DNA from: Mytilus trossulus
Taxonomy: Eukaryota
Length of the DNA: 64,000 nt
Assembly (NCBI RefSeq): GCF_036588685.1
Contig: NC_086382.1
Coordinates: 72,974,001-73,038,000, forward strand
Direction: 5' to 3'
Below, piece by piece: positions 1 through 13,435 of this stretch. The stretch's first letter is position 1; each line of letters opens with the position of its first letter. The position numbers and the translations under genes are program-made. Below the pieces are notes generated by a model that ran no database searches, was not told the DNA's origin, and worked only from the letters and a program-made list of their open reading frames with translations.

Positions 1-1936
1 ACTCTCAACACTCTCATCGCCTTGAAATGGGCAGTGGTTTAGCAACACAACAAAGAAGAACAATATGAAAAACTTAATTGAAAAGGACTTGACTCATTGT
101 ATCGATACAAAGCAAAATAATGAAGTCAAATATAATTCGGTTGTCAATATTCAACTTCATACAACTTATTATCTGCTAGCAATGCTATCAAAAACGCCGA
201 TTACTCGCCTAGTCGTGTCAAAAAATAAAGTCGTACACAGTTTAAATATACTTGTACTAAACAAATAACAAATGTTTTTTGGAATTTATATCATTTTGTT
301 CAATATTCGTATTTTTTTCAGGCTATAACGACAATTGCACCAGTGGATTACGTATACGCAATTGGGATGAAAGTGATGATCCCTGTGTAGAACATCTAAG
401 ATGGTTTTCAAATAGTTCATTTGATAGACAAAACAGAGGTCAGAGATGGTTTGAGACTATTGGAAAAAAGAAACAAAAAGAAATGGTAAGATCGTATAGT
501 TGGGTGCCTAACGTCAGTTAAGGGTTTCAGGTAAACGACTCTAAATTAACAAAATAACACACGGCCAAATTTATTTATTTAACTATCCAATAATGAATTT
601 TGGACACAATAAGTTCATTAGAAAACAAAAGATAATTAGAAGTGTTTTATCTCTTCTACAGCCACCAAAGGAAGTGCACAGTGCGACTAGTCAACCTCCA
701 GTTGACAGAGACCATTCTGTATTAGAGGGAGAACAGAGCACACCTGCACACAGAGACATGGCTGAGGACTTGGGTATTACAATAGACAGACCAAGATATC
801 CAGCTTATTCTAATCTGAGTGTTAGGATCAGTACATTCCAGGGTTGGCCCGGATATTTAGATCAGGCACCTAGGGATACAGCACTGGCCGGATTCTTCTA
901 TGCAGGTTTGTTTATAAGCTTCCTCAATAAGCACTACTGAAGTTCACTTCACCATAACCTCGAGTTGTTACCTCATCATATCGAGGAGCGTTTAGAACAG
1001 TAATTTTGTAATAGTTTGGTAAAGTTAGACATGACTTGATTTGACACAGATAATGTCTCAGTATGGAAAACTTAAACAGTTGTGATTCGTTTCTTGTGCA
1101 TGAAGAAAGAAGAGATGTTTACTGTATGTTACATTATTATATAAACATGCCGTTAAGTAGTCCAAAATTAGCTGCATTTGCGAATAATTAAAGATAACTG
1201 AACATCCAATGACATGGTGTCATGGTTTAGTTCATGTGTTCGATATGATTCAGTTCTGTGATTCATGTAGTGTATGATGGAAAAGTATCAAACAAAATGG
1301 CTTGAAACTTAATGCAAAAAGTCCCATGGCTTTATCGTGTATACATATGAAGTTAAAGCAACTGTTTAAATCTGGAACGTCAAAATTACCTATGACCTTG
1401 AGCTCAATTTAAAGGTCAGAAACCAAAGACCTAGAAAAAAAAGACACTAGGTCTTCATTATATATGGTGACCGAGGTAAATCACCATACATATAATTTTA
1501 AATATAAGAGAGGAGAAAACTACAAATTAAAGTTAGCATACCATTAATTTTTAACCACAATATATGTGTTACGACATGTCGGAATTTAAGAATATGACAT
1601 TAATCTTTGACCTTGACCTATTAAATTTTTTTTACCAATGACCTCAAATTAAAAGACCCTGGGTGTCTATCACTTATGATTGATCGCTTTCTATTAATGT
1701 TGCGAAGAAGGTCTCATAACTAGAAAATCAGATCAAAACAAATAGGTCTTTCCACGGAAAAGTGGATAACATAATGAACAGATATCATACAACTAATGAA
1801 AAACTAGTAAACAAATTTTCGCTGATATCTTTTTTTCGCGTGTAAACAATTCTATTCAATATATTATCACAATCTCCAAATGGTTATGTTTTGTTCCCAT
1901 ACAAGAATCACATATAAGTGTTAAAATATATACATT

Positions 1937-3210
1937 TTGGCTCTCAATAATGACGACTTCAGTATGTATACTAAAGAAATTTATCCTGTTGAACTTACTT
2001 TAAATAAAGCTTATACTAACAATGACCACTACCCTTTCCTCGATCTTGATATCTATATCACTAACGGAAAGCTTAATACTAAAATGTATGATAAAAGAGA
2101 TGATTTTTCATTTCCTAACGTTAATTATCCATTTTATGATGATAACGTTCCCTTGTCACCATCTTACGGTGTTTATATATCTCAATTTGTACGATTCGCT
2201 CGTGTATGTAACAATGTTTTAGATTTTAACGAGTGAAATTTATGTATTACTGAAAAATTATTACACCAGGGTTTTCGATATCACAAACTAGTCAAAACAT
2301 TTACTAAATTTTATCATCGGTATAAGGACATCATTCGTAAATATAGCTCAACATGCAGACTTCTTATACGTTTAGGTATTTCACATCCAATTTTTTATGG
2401 AAATATTCTTTATAAAGCACAAAAATGTCAGTATTCATCACAGAAACTAACAAAACCTTTAAATAGACTTATTAAGAAGGGATAGAGTTACGATATTGTT
2501 GTCAGGTCATTAAAGATTGCATATTTTGGCGTTAATATTGATTGACTTATAGGGTCTTTGCATCGGAACTAAACACATTTATTCACAAACCAGTTGTTGG
2601 CATGACACGGGTTATGTTCTTCTCATATATGTAATGATGGTATGATACTAAACCCCTAACGGGAAGGATTGTGCCTGATATTCATATGATGAAATCATAA
2701 TCTTTCAATCAGTTTAATTGAAGTATGAAGCTGGTATGTCAGTTAACTGCTAGTAGTCTGCTGTTATTTATGTATTATTGTCATTTTCTTTATTTTCTTT
2801 GGTTACATCTTCTGACATCAGACTCGGACTTCACTTGAATTGAATTTTAAATGTACGTATTGTTATGCGTTTACTTTTCTACATTAGCTAGAGGTATAGG
2901 GGGAGGGTTGAGATCTTATAAACATGTTTATCCCCGCCGCATTTTTGCGCCTGTCCCAAGACAGGAGCCTCTGGTCTTTGTTAGTCTTGTATTATTTTAA
3001 TTTTAATTTTTTGTGTACAAGTTGGAAATTAGTATGGCGTTCATTATCACTGAACTAGTATATATTTCTTTAGGGGCCAGATGAAGGACGCCTCCGGTCG
3101 CGGGAATTGCTCGTTACATTGAAGACCTGTTGGTGGCCTTCTGCTGTTGTTTTTTCTATGGTCGGGTTGTTGTCTCTTTGACACATTCCCAATTTCCATT
3201 CTCAATTTTA
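1937..3210 (+). mobile_element. 5'-truncated Penelope-like retroelement (Naiad-type): RT thumb/C-terminus 1937-2572 plus 3' UTR
   Basis: Peptide IYPVELTL...FLDLDI...KLNTKMYDKRDDFSFPNVNYP...YGVYISQFVRFARVC is homologous to the RT C-terminus at 52025-52330. The frame continues through three stops to TAA 2570-2572, with no C-terminal GIY-YIG. The tail 2689-3210 recurs inverted at 45729-46258. Confidence 0.75.
2623..2689 (+). promoter_or_regulatory. SECIS-like element (type II selenocysteine insertion sequence) in the retroelement 3' UTR
   Basis: Helix I TCATAT(2623-2628)/ATATGA(2684-2689). Core ATGAT(2634-2638)...TGAT(2676-2679). Helix II of 11 positions GGTATGATACT/AGGATTGTGCC with one mismatch. 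Unpaired AAA at 2650-2652. Apical ministem CCC-CTAAC-GGG. It lies about 50 nt after the ORF stop. Confidence 0.75.
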
Positions 3211-3580
3211 TATTATATATTAAATGCTTTTCAATAGCAACTGCTTTAAAAGTAGTTCATTTGGAATACAATAGATTCTATGAAAAATCACAGTAATATA
3301 TAATAAGAAGATGCAGTAAGATTTCCAATGAGACAACTATTCACCTGAGATCAAATGACGTACCTGTTAGGTCGGTATAGAGCATACAGCAATAAGTAAA
3401 ACCCAAACATCTCAGCAAGCAATGAAAAGCAACTCAACAGAAAAAAAACCAATGACCTGACTTTTGTTCTAAACAATTATCGAAAAACAAATATACAGTA
3501 ATAAACGAAGTCACTGCATAACATACCCTTGATTTAGGACAGGAACATACAGAATATGGCGGCGTTAAATATGTTTGCGA

Positions 3581-3883
3581 ACTCTCAACACTCTCATCGC
3601 CTTGAAATGGGCAGTGGTTTAGCAACACAACAAAGAAGAACAATATGAAAAACTTAATTGAAAAGGACTTGACTCATTATATCGATACAAAGCAAAATAA
3701 TGAAGTCAAATATAATTCGGTTGTCAATTTTCAACTTCGTACATCTTATTATCTGCTAGCAATGCTATCAAAAACGCCGATTACTCGCCTAGTCGTGTCA
3801 AAAAATCAAGTCGTACACAGTTTAAATGTACTTGCACTAAACAAATAATAAATGTTTTTTTGGAATTTATATCATTTTGTTCA
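3581..3883 (+). repeat. Direct repeat of positions 1-302 (intronic segment that precedes the BIR exon)
   Basis: Near-identical sequence ACTCTCAACACTCTCATCGCC...; ORF-track peptides 65-268 and 3645-3848 match. The copy breaks off about 20 bp before the splice acceptor. Confidence 0.9.
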
Positions 3884-4172
3884 TAATCACCACCTTGATA
3901 TGATGAAACAGCACAACAAAAGAACAACATAAAGTTTGCGCATCTTATAATGTAAATGTTGGCAGGACTATGTAGTTTTTGGCAACTAAGCAATGCAAAA
4001 TATAACTAGATTTTAATATTTAATATAAAATGAAATATATGATAAGACCCATTATTCGGACATGTTTTTTGCAAAATATTTCAGACTTAAATAGAATATG
4101 TTAAACAAGGGTCTTATCAAAAAGCTAAAAACAACAAAGAATCAATCGAACAAAAAATAATATTAAACATTT

Positions 4173-4445
4173 AAGGAATGACTGTAATATTGTTTTCTGT
4201 CTATGAAGAAATAACATGAAAAATGCGGTGCATACTAAATAACCGGCGGAGCGGGTTATTATTAAGTGTGCACCACATTGTTGATGTTATTTTGAATAAA
4301 CAGAAAAAAATATTACTGTCATTTCTTATAATTTAATTATAATTTGATTTTAAACCAGATTAAATCATGAAAAAACGTCGGTGACGTCACGGTCACATGA
4401 CAGAATTATGTCTATGAGATGATAAACAAAACGACGTCAGCAAAT
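4173..4445. repeat. Interspersed repeat with a ~155-bp imperfect hairpin head; second copy at ~6000-6260
   Basis: AAGGAATGACTGTAATATT...AATATTACTGTCATTTCTT inverted repeat. A similar sequence starts at ~6000 (AAGAAATGACTGTAATATT...). Confidence 0.6.
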
Positions 4446-7139
4446 CATATATTCAATTATATCTTGTCGCAATATGTATTTCTGTGATAAATCTTTGACA
4501 CATTTTTTCAAATTTGGATTTTTTTTTTTTTTAGTTTTTTAAAATGTACGTCCGACACACTTTTCTGGATTAACATTTCAAACTCGAAAGTAAAGAATGT
4601 ATACATACCAACATACTTTCAGAGCCCTATGGCCGATAGTCATTTAAAACTTTAGCCAAATTAGCCAAATTCAACTGTAGGAGGACAACGTTGCCTTCAG
4701 ACATTTTCATTGACTTGAGTCTAAGATAAGACTCATTTTTGTAGCTTTTGTATTTTTGCACTAAATGCAGAAGTTTTGTAGCCCCAAATCAAAGATACAC
4801 AATTAAAATATATAAAAACTGATACATGACAGAGGTGTCACGAATTGGTTGACTGATACGAAATGTATAGGTTTCTCAACTGTCCAACGACGTGTTTTCA
4901 CGGTCTTAATTCTTAGATACCAGATTTTGTCATCTGACTTAATTTTTACGGAAGGCGAAATTTTGACTGAGTGCGAATTCCCTTTGCAGCTGATACACAT
5001 TGAAAGTATTCCAATCGGCATTGCAAAAGGTCATGTTTCTTTGACTGTTAAGACTGTTAATGACATCTTCACACTAAATCTTTTAGTATTTTTCTGTTTA
5101 TTTATTGATTTGTTTGTCTCAGATATATATAATGTTTAATTAGTTGGTGTTTGCTTTGAAATAGCTGTCAGTAACTGAGTTCTTTCAGAAATTTACTTAA
5201 TTTTATGTTTTGTTGTGGTATGTATAGATACGCTTTGCATCCGGTCTATGTTTAATGCTTTGATTTGATCTGATGAGTTCAGCCCTTTTCAAATGATTTT
5301 TATAGTTTGTTCTTATATATACCACTGTGCCAGGTCAACGAGTTTAACCCGGCCACATTATGTATGTGCCTTTTCTAAGATACAAGCCTGTAATTCAATG
5401 TTTTTTGTTGGTTTATGTCTGCATTTTAGTTTTCAACAAATCATTTGATTCAAATTATGCAGTTTTATATTTTCATAATAATCTTTTATTATGATCGACA
5501 ATGAAGTATGGAATTCTCTCATTCTTGAAGGTCGTTTAGAAGTCTATTATTGCTTGTATCCACTTCATTTGAACTTGTTGGATAGTTGCCGTATTGACAA
5601 TCAAATCTCAAGTACATCTCCTTATTATTATGTAGCGTGAGACGTTGGAGATAAATAAATAGCTTCAATGATCTTAGGTCAAAAAAAATATGCATATTGT
5701 TCGGGTTATTGTCTCTTTGACACATTCCCCATTTACATTCTCAATTTTATATTGGCTGAATTGCGATGTCGACGGTCTTATCAGTTTATTTTTGATCGTT
5801 TATTTTTCTTCTTTATTTGTGTTATGTTAACTATTTTTGGTCAGAAGTTGTACTCTTAATCAAAACCAGATTCTATTCATACTCGTGGTAGAGTTGCTTA
5901 AATGGTTGTTTTACGTTGGTTGAACGACGACCGTATGCATAAAATTTAGCATCCATACTGGTCTTGCACTGGAGAGTCAGACATTAGTTAACTAAATTTA
6001 AGAAATGACTGTAATATTTTTTTAATTCTATGAAGAAATAACATTAAAAATGCGATGCACACTGAATTTAAAGTGTGCACCCCCTTTTAATATTATTTAT
6101 AATAGACCGAAAAAATATTACAATCATATATTATAATTTAATTCTAAATTTCATTTTAACGGATTTATCGTAAAAATACGTTCATGACGTCAAAATCACA
6201 TGACAAAGATATGTCTTTGAGCCAATCAGAAGACGTGTTGCATCCAAAATTGAAATATTTATAAATACCTGACATGTATATGCAGATAAAATCTCAAAAC
6301 AGTATTGGAAAAAAGTAAAATCACAAAAATACTGAACTTAGAGGAAAATCCATTCGGAAAATCCATAATAATATGGCAAAATCAAATAACAAAACGGTTG
6401 ATTCTATTTTCCACTGTTTCGGATGATTGATAAAACTAATATTATCCATGTGCTCCTACAGTATCACTATAAAGTCAGATCAAGTTTAAGAAACATTTAT
6501 CACTCACACACTCTTGAAATTATTTGGCAGAGCAAACGAATTAGTCATCTGATGTTCAATCCCTTACGAAGAATATTACCAGTTCTCTTTCAAAGTACAT
6601 AATGATATCAGGTAGCAGTTCATTAGTACAATGGAAATGTTCATAATTTACAGATACGTAAAAGTAATGGAATTTTACAGAAAACAAAACATAACGGACT
6701 TTGGGAAAAAAAGAGAGGGCTTAAAAAATTGTCCTGTCTCCAAGTATCCTTTGATACATTTTCTGAAATTAGCCATACATAAAATCTTTCACAAAAAATC
6801 ATCCTAAAACAGTTAACATATTTTCAACCCAGCTCTAAATGACCGCGTTAAATCAGTGTATGAAAAGTGTAAATCCAGTTAGTTCATTTTCACTGTCGCA
6901 TGCGAGTATGTCTATTGTAGAATGAATAATGATAGGTAAAACTGCTTTTGTTTACTTTTTGAAAAGACAAATTAATTGATTTGAATGTATAGTTTGACAA
7001 ATTTTCATTATAATACAACCTGTCAATATATTATAACCGAATAAATTTAACAAAAACGTGTATTTAAAGCAGCTGAATCTATAATATTAATTACTGAATG
7101 TGATTTATTTTAACCATAAATGCTTATGTGGAATATTTG

Positions 7140-7625
7140 CCAGGCTTGTTTTGTTCATCACGATTTCCTTGATAGAGGGTTACTGCTCACTATGAGGCTT
7201 TTAAATCAAGAGTTCAAAATGGTGAAGTTGAAATCATCCCTTCCTAAATTACAATAACGCCAGCACGAGTTGATCGACCGTTATTGAATAACCATTTTAC
7301 AAATAATATCGTATCGGATTATGTCGTACCCTTCAATTTTCACGAATGTAACCTACCGAATTATACTATTTACTGGTTTTGTAATAACATGAGCAACACG
7401 ACAGGTGTAACATATGGAGCAGGATCTGCTTACCCTTTCCGGAGTACCTGATATCACCTCCAGTTTTTGGTGGGGTTCGTGTTGCTTAGTCTTTAATTTT
7501 CTATGTTGTGTCTTGTTTACTATTATTTGTCTGTTTCTGTTTTTCGTTTTGAGCCGTGGTGTTGTCAGTTTATTTTCGATCTGTAAGTTTGCCTGTCCCT
7601 CGTGTATCTTTCGCCTCTCTTTTGA
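7140..7625 (+). mobile_element. 3' fragment of the Penelope-like family seen at 49712-52701
   Basis: Aligns by eye to 52260-52700 (CATGATTTCCTTGATAGAGGG...GGAGCAGGATCTGCTTACCCT...TATCTTTCGCCTCTCTTTT). Confidence 0.8.
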
Positions 7626-9157
7626 AAGTCCGATGGTTTTTTTTTAATGTTGTTTACATGATAATCGACATGCATCAGCTGACAATAATCTTTTTTAATG
7701 ACTTGATATTAAAGATATTTACAATTTGAATTGCAGGCTAGTCGTACATTTTGTTAGCAATCATTTGCAACTACTAAACCTATTTGCCATTTTTAATATT
7801 CCACATTGAAGAAAAATAATTACTAGTCATCCAAGCGTCAATTGTAAGGCGTTATGACTTTCTATGATGGAAATTAATTGATTTCTATGAAAGTGCATCT
7901 CATGGACAATAGAAATGAATCGCTCTCCACTTAAAATGAAAGTCTAGTATCATATTTCGACATAAACATAAATCGCATAAAGAAAACAGCATAGTAGAAT
8001 TTGACCGAATATCCACAAGCTGAATAACAAAAAAAGTTTAAAGTTATACAACATTCACAATAATGTTAAAAGGTAGAGTTTTTTCTGCAAATGCACCTTA
8101 ACTGCTGCTGTTTAATTTCTTGCACGCTCTATTCATGAACTATTCTTAATATTTATCTATGTATGTATCATTTAAAAACCTGTACGACTGTAGCCGTGAT
8201 AAAAACCAGTCTGCTTTTCATACAAATATCATGCATTTATAAAAACAGTACGTATTATATATTATTTCTTATTTTATTCAAAAATCATGAATTTTTCGTC
8301 CGTTTATAGATCTTTCTACATAACAAATTTATTGTGGATACAGCTAAGTTATGTAGAATTACCTTCTGATCTAGCGTTAGAACATCCTCAGAAGCTCACT
8401 CCCAATCTCAGATGTTATGTATACATATATGTATCAGTAAAACACTTTTTCATTTCTTACATATTGTCCATGGTTTCTAGTTTGTTGAATTAAACCCATT
8501 TACTATTTGAACAGTTGTCATTTCTAACAAGAAAGGGACTAACATTATGTGCACTTTTTTATTTTTTTTATTCATTCTGCTTTGACTTCTTTTTTTTTCA
8601 AGTAGCAGAAGGACTGCACGACGAAAACAACCAGATGGAAAGATCCTGCAGCAGTTGCTTTATTTGCAGAAAGAAGAAAAAATCTATCATTTTCAAGCCA
8701 TGTGGTCATATTTTATGCTGCAAAGACTGTGCATTTCAGCATTCTTTTAAAAAATGTATGCAATGTGGAAAGAAAATTCAAAAATTCAAAAATGTCTTTC
8801 TTCCTTGAGTTAGTTACATGATTTCCGACAGGGTTCCTCGCAATGTAAGACAGCACACACAACGTCTTCTTTTCGTCTTTAGACAGTTTTATATATAAAT
8901 CATAACACTACATCTACAGTAGTAAAAGTAAATGGATCAATAAAAGACTTTTGTATATAACAGGAACTATTTTATAGAGACCCCTGACTTGAAGTAATTA
9001 CTACTCTATGACCTTAGCATTATATTATGAAGTGTTTCTATGGGTATATTTGTTAACATTGTGATATGATTTGTTTTCCTTTGATGTTTTAATTAAATAA
9101 TATGGTTATAAAGTGTGTTAAGAACCATCGTCTATTATCTGCAATGTCATAGTTATG

Positions 9158-12025
9158 TTCTAATTCACGTGTTCAAAAGATCATAAAGTATTTATGTGCA
9201 CATCGCAACTTAAATTCTGCAACCTACTTCCAACCCAAACTGTATACAATTTATTCTTGGTATTAAGTAAGAAACACATTTCTGATTGACCATGTCATTG
9301 TATTAAACATCAAACAAGATATTACTGTCCACAAAATCATTTGAATCACACAGAATAACTTAAAATAAACAAATATCATAATATCATAATATAACACAAA
9401 GTACACGTAAAAATGATTTCTGAATTACATAACAATTCTACACTACGGTAAATATGTTTACATTGAGTAATCACCGTCGTCACCGCCTAACCTCTATAAC
9501 TGATCCTTTTCTTATATACTACCCGCATAATTCAAACCGATTGTTTGCAATAGGTACGACGCGTAAAACACATAAATATATGTATATATTCTAATTCACT
9601 TGTTCAAACGAACTTAAAGTATTTATGTGTACATCGCTACTTAATTTCTGCAACCTACTTCAAACCCAAACTGTATACTATATTGTTCTTAGTATAAAAT
9701 AAGAAACACATTTCTGATTTTGTTCAGCACGGTGACCATGTTGATGCACAAAGAAAGCAGTGGTTATAAACCAAGATTTTTTTGTAACAGATTAACGCTT
9801 TTTCATATCTTCAGACACATATTCATCCTTTGACAAGTCTGATTTCCAGCGGCCTTGTATCTTAAAAAGTCTATCTGATATATCGTTTTTAGCTACCATG
9901 GTAGCCTCGCCTGAAAAAAAGCTTATACGCCGAACTCTTTTTTGGATTATCCGATACTATGAAGAGCCCCTGTTATCCCTTATCCTGCTCATGTAAATGA
10001 TAATTTCTCATTCTTAGAGAGTAAGGATTTTCTACAAAAAAGGTTAATGACAGAAAAATGTACATATCAGAATTCATCTTTATTTTAGCATCCGCCTAAT
10101 AGGACTTTTATTTCTTTACAGGACACAGAAGACTATCTAATTTACCAATATAAGCATTCTTCCTTTTTTCTATAACAATCAGTTTTACTCTTTTCTATTA
10201 AAATATCTGCATATTCGACAGTAAAAGAAATATGTTTGGCCTTAATATTACATAGTTCATTATATCTGAAAAACAACACATATACACAGTAAACGAATAT
10301 CTTTAAGTGATCTCAACTTCTTGTTAAAGAATTTATATTTTTTTTTTCAAAATATCTGGTTCCACTGGTGTCTTTTCCTGAATCGGTCTAGATAACTTAG
10401 ATGCATCTAGTATACTTCTTCCAAAATCTGAATCATAAGGATTCTTTACGCCTGCAATATGATGTACCTACTTAATAATGTAAAATGCGGCATCAACGAC
10501 ACTGCAATGCCTACTGGTATCTATTATGATTATCTAATAGAGGTTGCAAATATAGGCTGACATGTAATTCATTACACGGAAGTATCGAAGTTATCTCGGA
10601 ATATTTTAGTGTTCATAGTACAAATCTTTGTAATACAGTAGAAATCCAACGGAATTATTTGTAATGTATTTTTTAAGCAACTTTCACTTGATCTCACTTC
10701 TTCGAATTTAACTTTGTTTACTAGCACCGTTTTCTTTACATGTCTCAACTCTAGTTCAAGTCCATGTTTACCTTTTGTGCTGATTGCTACGGTCAGCGAG
10801 TTCACAACGTGCGGTCTGTTCGATACATCTTAACCTAACCCGCCTTTGAGCAAATCTAAAAAAGCTTCATGTACATAAATTGTATTTTTAAAGCAGACTT
10901 ATAATTTTTTTTAAATACAGAAGTAGGTTCCTGTAAAAAAGGAAATTTATAACTTTCTTTGATTATATTATAAACAAAATTTGTTGTACAAATCTTAACC
11001 CAAAAATGTAAAGACGTTTTAATCTGCCCTTCACAGTTACATCTTTTTCACATTCAAAGTAAGTGTCAATATCAAATTGTTCATGTACCTTAAACATTTC
11101 TTGACTGTTTTCTTTAAGAAGGAGGTGCTCTGGATAGTCTATTCTTGCGTTGTCTGTGACATTTTATCGCCAAATGTTAGTAGAATCCACACTTATAACA
11201 GACATTGGAAGGTTTTACTGTACTCTGCAGGCATTGATCTCCACAGACAGATGTCCCTTCACAAAAGGGCTGAAGTTACAAACCATTAACACCAGAATTT
11301 CCACCACTGTGCGCCTGTTGATATGACGAACTAGCCGCTTCTGTGGGTCTTTTTTTACTATGCTGTTGTTTTCCGTCTTATCTGCCTTGATTTTTTTGAC
11401 TGTCCTGCTATTCGCGGCCGTAATGTGTTTCTCATCTTCCGAATCACTCGCTAGCTCATCAGATAAGCATTCACTGACAGTCTACCAACCCCTTTGGACT
11501 TATCCGCGATCCTTATATGTTTATTCCGTTTATTCAGCAGCTCTTTATAATCTTTTAAGTACGAAATGGCTTTATTCGGACTCTTTCTTCTCGATGCACG
11601 ATAAAGCGGAATCTAAATTGTCCAACACATCTCCGTTAAGGTCTAAATAGACCTTGTTGTCTTTGAATTTATAGGTGGTTTCTAACTTATTTTCCTTTTT
11701 CGCTAAACTATTGGTCGAATAGTTCAAATTCTTCTCGAGACCGGTTACTTTGTTATTCATGTAGGTCTTAATTAGCGACGACAAAAAACAGCGTTAGAAA
11801 CATCTTCTCCCTATGTATGTTCAATCGTATCTTTATCCATGTCTTCATTATGATTATTTTCGTTGTCGGACATTATGTTTACACTGTATTAATCGACGTA
11901 GTCACCGCCTAACCTCGATAACTGAAAAAAAAACTTTCTCATATACTACTCTCGAAATTCCAACCGGTTCTTATAATAGGTACTACGCGACTAAAATTAC
12001 TACGCATAAAGCACATAAATATATT
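9158..12025 (-). mobile_element. Degraded, internally deleted Ngaro-type (DIRS group) tyrosine-recombinase retrotransposon
   Basis: Minus-strand relics: gag-like GW.TVSECLSDELASDSEDEKHI (~11420-11500); RT start PHVVNSLTVAISTKGKHGLELELRHV..KVKFEE (~10700-10815); YR C-terminus SGEAT..A...ISDRLFKIQGRWKSDLSKDEYV...NLGL* (~9765-9915). Split direct repeats in the order A1 (~11900-12025), ORFs, B1 (~9588-9720), A2 (~9478-9580), B2 (~9158-9285). Confidence 0.8.
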
Positions 12026-13435
12026 TATCATACTGTAATATCTAACACAAAATCCAACACGAATCTAAGAGGAAAGTATGCGAAGCATAGCAATGATAAC
12101 ACGTGTCCAATTTCATATAATTCCACGACTGAGGATCTACCATAAATTCTAAAATATATCTGCCTTTAATTTGTTTGGAAAGAAAGATAATTTATTTGTA
12201 TTATTTTTGTTGTCTTTAGTGTTTGGAATATAATCCTTATAATTGAGTTCTGTCGCCTCTCAAGAAATTGTATAAATACAATTTACCTCTTTATGTTCCA
12301 TTCATAAAGTTACATAGTTTACCCCTCTCCCACCAGTTATAAAAATACTGGATTCGCATCTATTTATTTCAAAACTACATGTGTGCCAACATTGTAAGTC
12401 AAATGCAGAACTGACTTGCATAAGCCACCATCTCATGTAACGTTGCCAGTGATTGATATTAGTTCAAAGGGTCAACAACATTATTTTTATTTACAAATTA
12501 TATATACCAACTACTAGATTTTTTAGTTCAAATATATCTAATCGTAAAAACCATGGAATATATAGTACTTATCCTCACCATCATTAATAACATATATATT
12601 ATATTGTGACATGCTTTTGTATGCTTTTTACTTATAACCACATACGTATGTTTAAATAATTGAGTGTGCTTGTATGATTTTTACAAAAGTAAACATTCCT
12701 TGTCAAGTGTATCTAATCCTGTATCTAAGACATATTTTAGTTGCAAATATATATTGTGCTGCCAAAAATATAGTTTTCTGTGTGTTTTGGTTTACCTTTG
12801 TTTCTGTCATTTTTTCCCTTTGTTCCACTTTTTATCTAAAATACAAGTCCACTTTTTTCTAAATGCTTTGAAAACAATTGAAAAAGTAGAATAAAGAAAC
12901 GTGAATTTCAGAATTATTATTACTAACAAGTACTCACTAGTTTTATGATATTAAACACTACTTGTATGATTTGGTGTTTCTTTAATTACATCCCAGCCCT
13001 TTGTTCTGAGCCGTAACACCCCTACCAGATCACCCCAGTTTGAGTTTCTTTGTTATGCATGCTTTCCTTTGTTCTGTTACATTTTGACGGGAATGTCAAA
13101 TCCACTTCAAAACTTATAATTAATTATACGGAAAAGACTATCTATCAAAATTCACGAAAAAAAATCCAGTGTATATGCTGGATATAAGCCCTAAGCCGGG
13201 AATGTCACAGTATATACCCTGTCTGAGACCTGGCCCCGGCGCCATAAAACTATTTGAGTACAGTTTTTTTACTCAGCCTGAGAATTTTCTCAATTTTTTT
13301 ATTCTCAGCAAAATACCCCGCCATAAAAAAATTCTCAGGTTTTTTTTACTCAAAAGTTAAGAATATTCTTAAATATTTGAGAACAGCCAAAGCCATACTT
13401 AAGTCAAAAATTAAGACTTAAGTATTATATAAACA

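Larger units (their letters stand above)
322..8808 (+). pseudogene. Inhibitor of apoptosis (IAP/BIRC-like) gene, 3' part, probably degenerate. Exons 322-485 (C-terminal half of a BIR), 662-905 (linker + N-terminal half of a BIR), ~8605-8808 (C-terminal RING).
   Basis: Exons are bounded by AG/GT. 322-485 gives GYNDNCTSGLRIRNWDESDDPCVEHLRWFSNSSF (BIR-like NW..DDP..EH..WF, but the CxxC and last Cys are lost). 662-905 gives YPAYSNLSVRISTFQGWP...ALAGFFYAG (start of a BIR). The last exon gives CFIC...FKPCGHILCCKDC...CMQC...IQKFKNVFLP*, an IAP-type terminal RING. The exon that should complete the second BIR was not found. Confidence 0.75.

Noticed and set aside
2234-2545. In-frame TGA codons at 2234 and 2543 upstream of the SECIS as Sec codons
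   Set aside because: The first aligns with Arg in the related family (DFLDR), consistent with CGA>TGA. Neither is in a Cys motif, and an in-frame TAG lies between them.
5265-5300. CTGATGAG motif as a hammerhead ribozyme (similar at ~63716)
   Set aside because: No GAAA core follows the putative stem II.
11077-12894. Short plus-strand ORFs here, and most other 60-110 aa ORFs in the track, as genes
   Set aside because: They show no recognisable motifs, have low-complexity AT-driven composition, or are antisense to transposon relics.
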